This document shows positions 60,364 to 62,214 of a stretch of DNA of 62,214 nucleotides, piece by piece. The DNA is taken from NCBI GenBank assembly GCA_018268435.1, contig JAFDWP010000159.1, forward strand, positions 1-62,214, read 5' to 3'. Below the pieces are notes generated by a model. It searched no databases. It was not told the DNA's origin and saw only the letters and a list, made by a program, of their open reading frames with translations. Origin of the DNA: Actinomycetota bacterium (GTDB taxonomy: Bacteria; Actinomycetota; Actinomycetes; Actinomycetales; Microbacteriaceae). The position numbers were made by a program, and so were the translations under genes. Position 1 is the first letter of the stretch, and each line of letters opens with the position of its first letter.

Positions 60364-62133
60364 ATGCCTGCCATCGCCAAGGTGCTCGTCGCCAACCGCG
60401 GCGAGATCGCCGTCCGCATCATCCGCGCCGCGCGCGACTCCGGTCTCTCCTCCGTCGCCGTCTACGCGGACCAGGACCGGGACGCCATGCACACCCGGCT
60501 CGCCGACGAGGCGTACGCGCTCGACGGCTCCACCAGCGCCGAGACGTACCTGCAGATCGACAAGATCCTGTCGGTGGCCCGCCGCGCCGGTGCCGACGCC
60601 GTGCACCCCGGCTACGGCTTCCTGGCCGAGAACGCCGAGTTCGCCCGGGCCGTCCTCGGCGCGGGCATGGTCTGGATCGGCCCCTCCCCCGAGGCGATCG
60701 AGGCCCTCGGCGACAAGGTCACCGCGCGGCACGTGGCGGAGAAGGTCGGCGCCCCGCTCGCGCCGGGAACCCCCGGCCCCGTCGAGACGGCCGAGGAGGT
60801 CGTCGCGTTCGCCGAGAAGGTCGGCCTGCCCATCGCCATCAAGGCCGCCTACGGCGGCGGTGGACGCGGACTCAAGGTCGCGCACGAGATCGGCGAGGTG
60901 GCCGCGCAGTTCGAGTCGGCCACGCGCGAGGCGATCACCGCGTTCGGACGCGGCGAGTGCTTCGTGGAGAAGTACCTGGACAAGCCGCGTCACGTCGAGA
61001 CCCAGTGCCTCGCCGACGCCGAGGGCAATGTCGTCATCATCTCCACCCGCGACTGCTCGCTGCAGCGGCGCCACCAGAAGCTCGTCGAGGAGGCCCCCGC
61101 ACCCTTCCTCACCGAGGAGCAGAACCGCGTGCTCTACGCCGCGTCCAAGGCGATCCTCAAGGAGGTCGGCTACATCGGCGCGGGCACCTGTGAGTTCCTC
61201 ATCGGCGCCGACGGCACCATCTCCTTCCTCGAGGTGAACACCCGGCTGCAGGTCGAGCACCCGGTCTCCGAGGAGGTCACCGGGATCGACCTCGTCCGCG
61301 AGCAGTTCCGGATCGCCGCCGGCGGCACGATCGACTACGACGACCCGACCCCGCAGGGCCACTCGATCGAGTTCCGCATCAACGGCGAGGACCCGGGGCG
61401 CGGATTCCTCCCGCAGCCGGGACCGATCCACGTGTTCAAGACCTTCGGCGGCCCCGGGCTGCGCCTGGACTCGGGCGTCACTGCGGGCGACGAGGTGTCC
61501 GGTGCGTTCGACTCGCTGCTCGCGAAGATCATCGTGACCGGCAAGGACCGCGCCGAGGCGCTGCAGCGCGCGCGCCGGGCCCTGGACGAGTTCGAGGTCT
61601 CCGGGCTGCCCACCGTGCTGCCGTTCCACCGCAAGGTCGTGAACGATCCCGCCTTCACCGCGGAGGACGGCCGCTTCGGCGTCTACACGCGCTGGATCGA
61701 GACCGAGTTCGTCAACGACATCCCTGCCTGGGACGGCGAGCTGGAACCCGCCGCCGAGGCGAAGGGCCGCCACACGGTGGTCGTCGAGGTCGCCGGGAAG
61801 CGCCTCGAGGTGAGCCTGCCCGATCGTGTCGCAGCCTCGGTCGTGGGCACCGGGGGACGCCCCGCCGCGGTGCCGCCGTCGCGGCGCAGCCACGCCAAGG
61901 CCGTCAGCTCCGGAGCCTCCGGCGACGCCGTGAAGTCGCCCATGCAGGCGACGGTCGTCAAGGTGGCCGTCGAGGAGGGCCAGCAGGTCGTCAAGGGCGA
62001 CCTCGTCGTCGTGCTCGAGGCCATGAAGATGGAGCAGCCGCTGCAGGCCCACAAGGACGGCGTGATCGGCAACATCAACGCGGACGCCGGCGCGACCGTG
62101 TCCGCCGGCCACCAGCTCCTCACGATCAGCTGA
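60364..62133 (+). CDS. Acyl-CoA carboxylase alpha subunit (biotin carboxylase + BCCP)
   Basis: [27 protein letters not shown]. Confidence 0.95.
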   Translation: MPAIAKVLVANRGEIAVRIIRAARDSGLSSVAVYADQDRDAMHTRLADEAYALDGSTSAETYLQIDKILSVARRAGADAVHPGYGFLAENAEFARAVLGAGMVWIGPSPEAIEALGDKVTARHVAEKVGAPLAPGTPGPVETAEEVVAFAEKVGLPIAIKAAYGGGGRGLKVAHEIGEVAAQFESATREAITAFGRGECFVEKYLDKPRHVETQCLADAEGNVVIISTRDCSLQRRHQKLVEEAPAPFLTEEQNRVLYAASKAILKEVGYIGAGTCEFLIGADGTISFLEVNTRLQVEHPVSEEVTGIDLVREQFRIAAGGTIDYDDPTPQGHSIEFRINGEDPGRGFLPQPGPIHVFKTFGGPGLRLDSGVTAGDEVSGAFDSLLAKIIVTGKDRAEALQRARRALDEFEVSGLPTVLPFHRKVVNDPAFTAEDGRFGVYTRWIETEFVNDIPAWDGELEPAAEAKGRHTVVVEVAGKRLEVSLPDRVAASVVGTGGRPAAVPPSRRSHAKAVSSGASGDAVKSPMQATVVKVAVEEGQQVVKGDLVVVLEAMKMEQPLQAHKDGVIGNINADAGATVSAGHQLLTIS

Positions 62134-62139
62134 CCGGGA

Positions 62140-62183
62140 ACGACGAAGCGGCGCCCCTCCGAGGAGGGGCGCCGCTTCGTCGT
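62140..62183. terminator. Hairpin terminator between convergent genes
   Basis: 21-bp perfect inverted repeat right after the stop codon. Confidence 0.8.
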
Positions 62184-62214
62184 CGCGGGGCCTACTTCGC
62201 GATGTAGACCTGAT

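Noticed and set aside
62192-62214. 3' end of a minus-strand gene
   Set aside because: Only a few codons visible; cannot be identified

Overview
High-GC actinobacterial DNA; the host gene order birA-accD-accE-two-component-TRAM MTase-maf-accA suggests Microbacteriaceae, probably Microbacterium (inference). Positions 1 to about 50775 are the right part of a large integrative conjugative element (ICE) whose left end is outside the window. Its backbone has a VirB4-like ATPase, PrgI-, TrbL- and pilin-like genes, a wall hydrolase, ParB, prim-pol, an ArdC-like gene, a C5 methylase, a MobF relaxase and DprA. The ICE interrupts a host ABC-F gene and carries a full-length replacement copy. Cargo includes ars genes, a DrrABC-like cassette between 49-bp direct repeats, a second ABC/PadR module, and a three-gene TIR-HIT-membrane protein operon (candidate anti-phage system). 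The ICE relaxase is split by an 8.9-kb serine-recombinase element with its own relaxase and an erm gene; its palindromic attP can be rebuilt from the sequence. Both elements encode a divergent sigma-like protein and share a non-canonical YACCT motif 5-7 nt before start codons. From about 50775 to the end is ordinary host chromosome. All family calls are from motif recognition by eye; no database searches were run.
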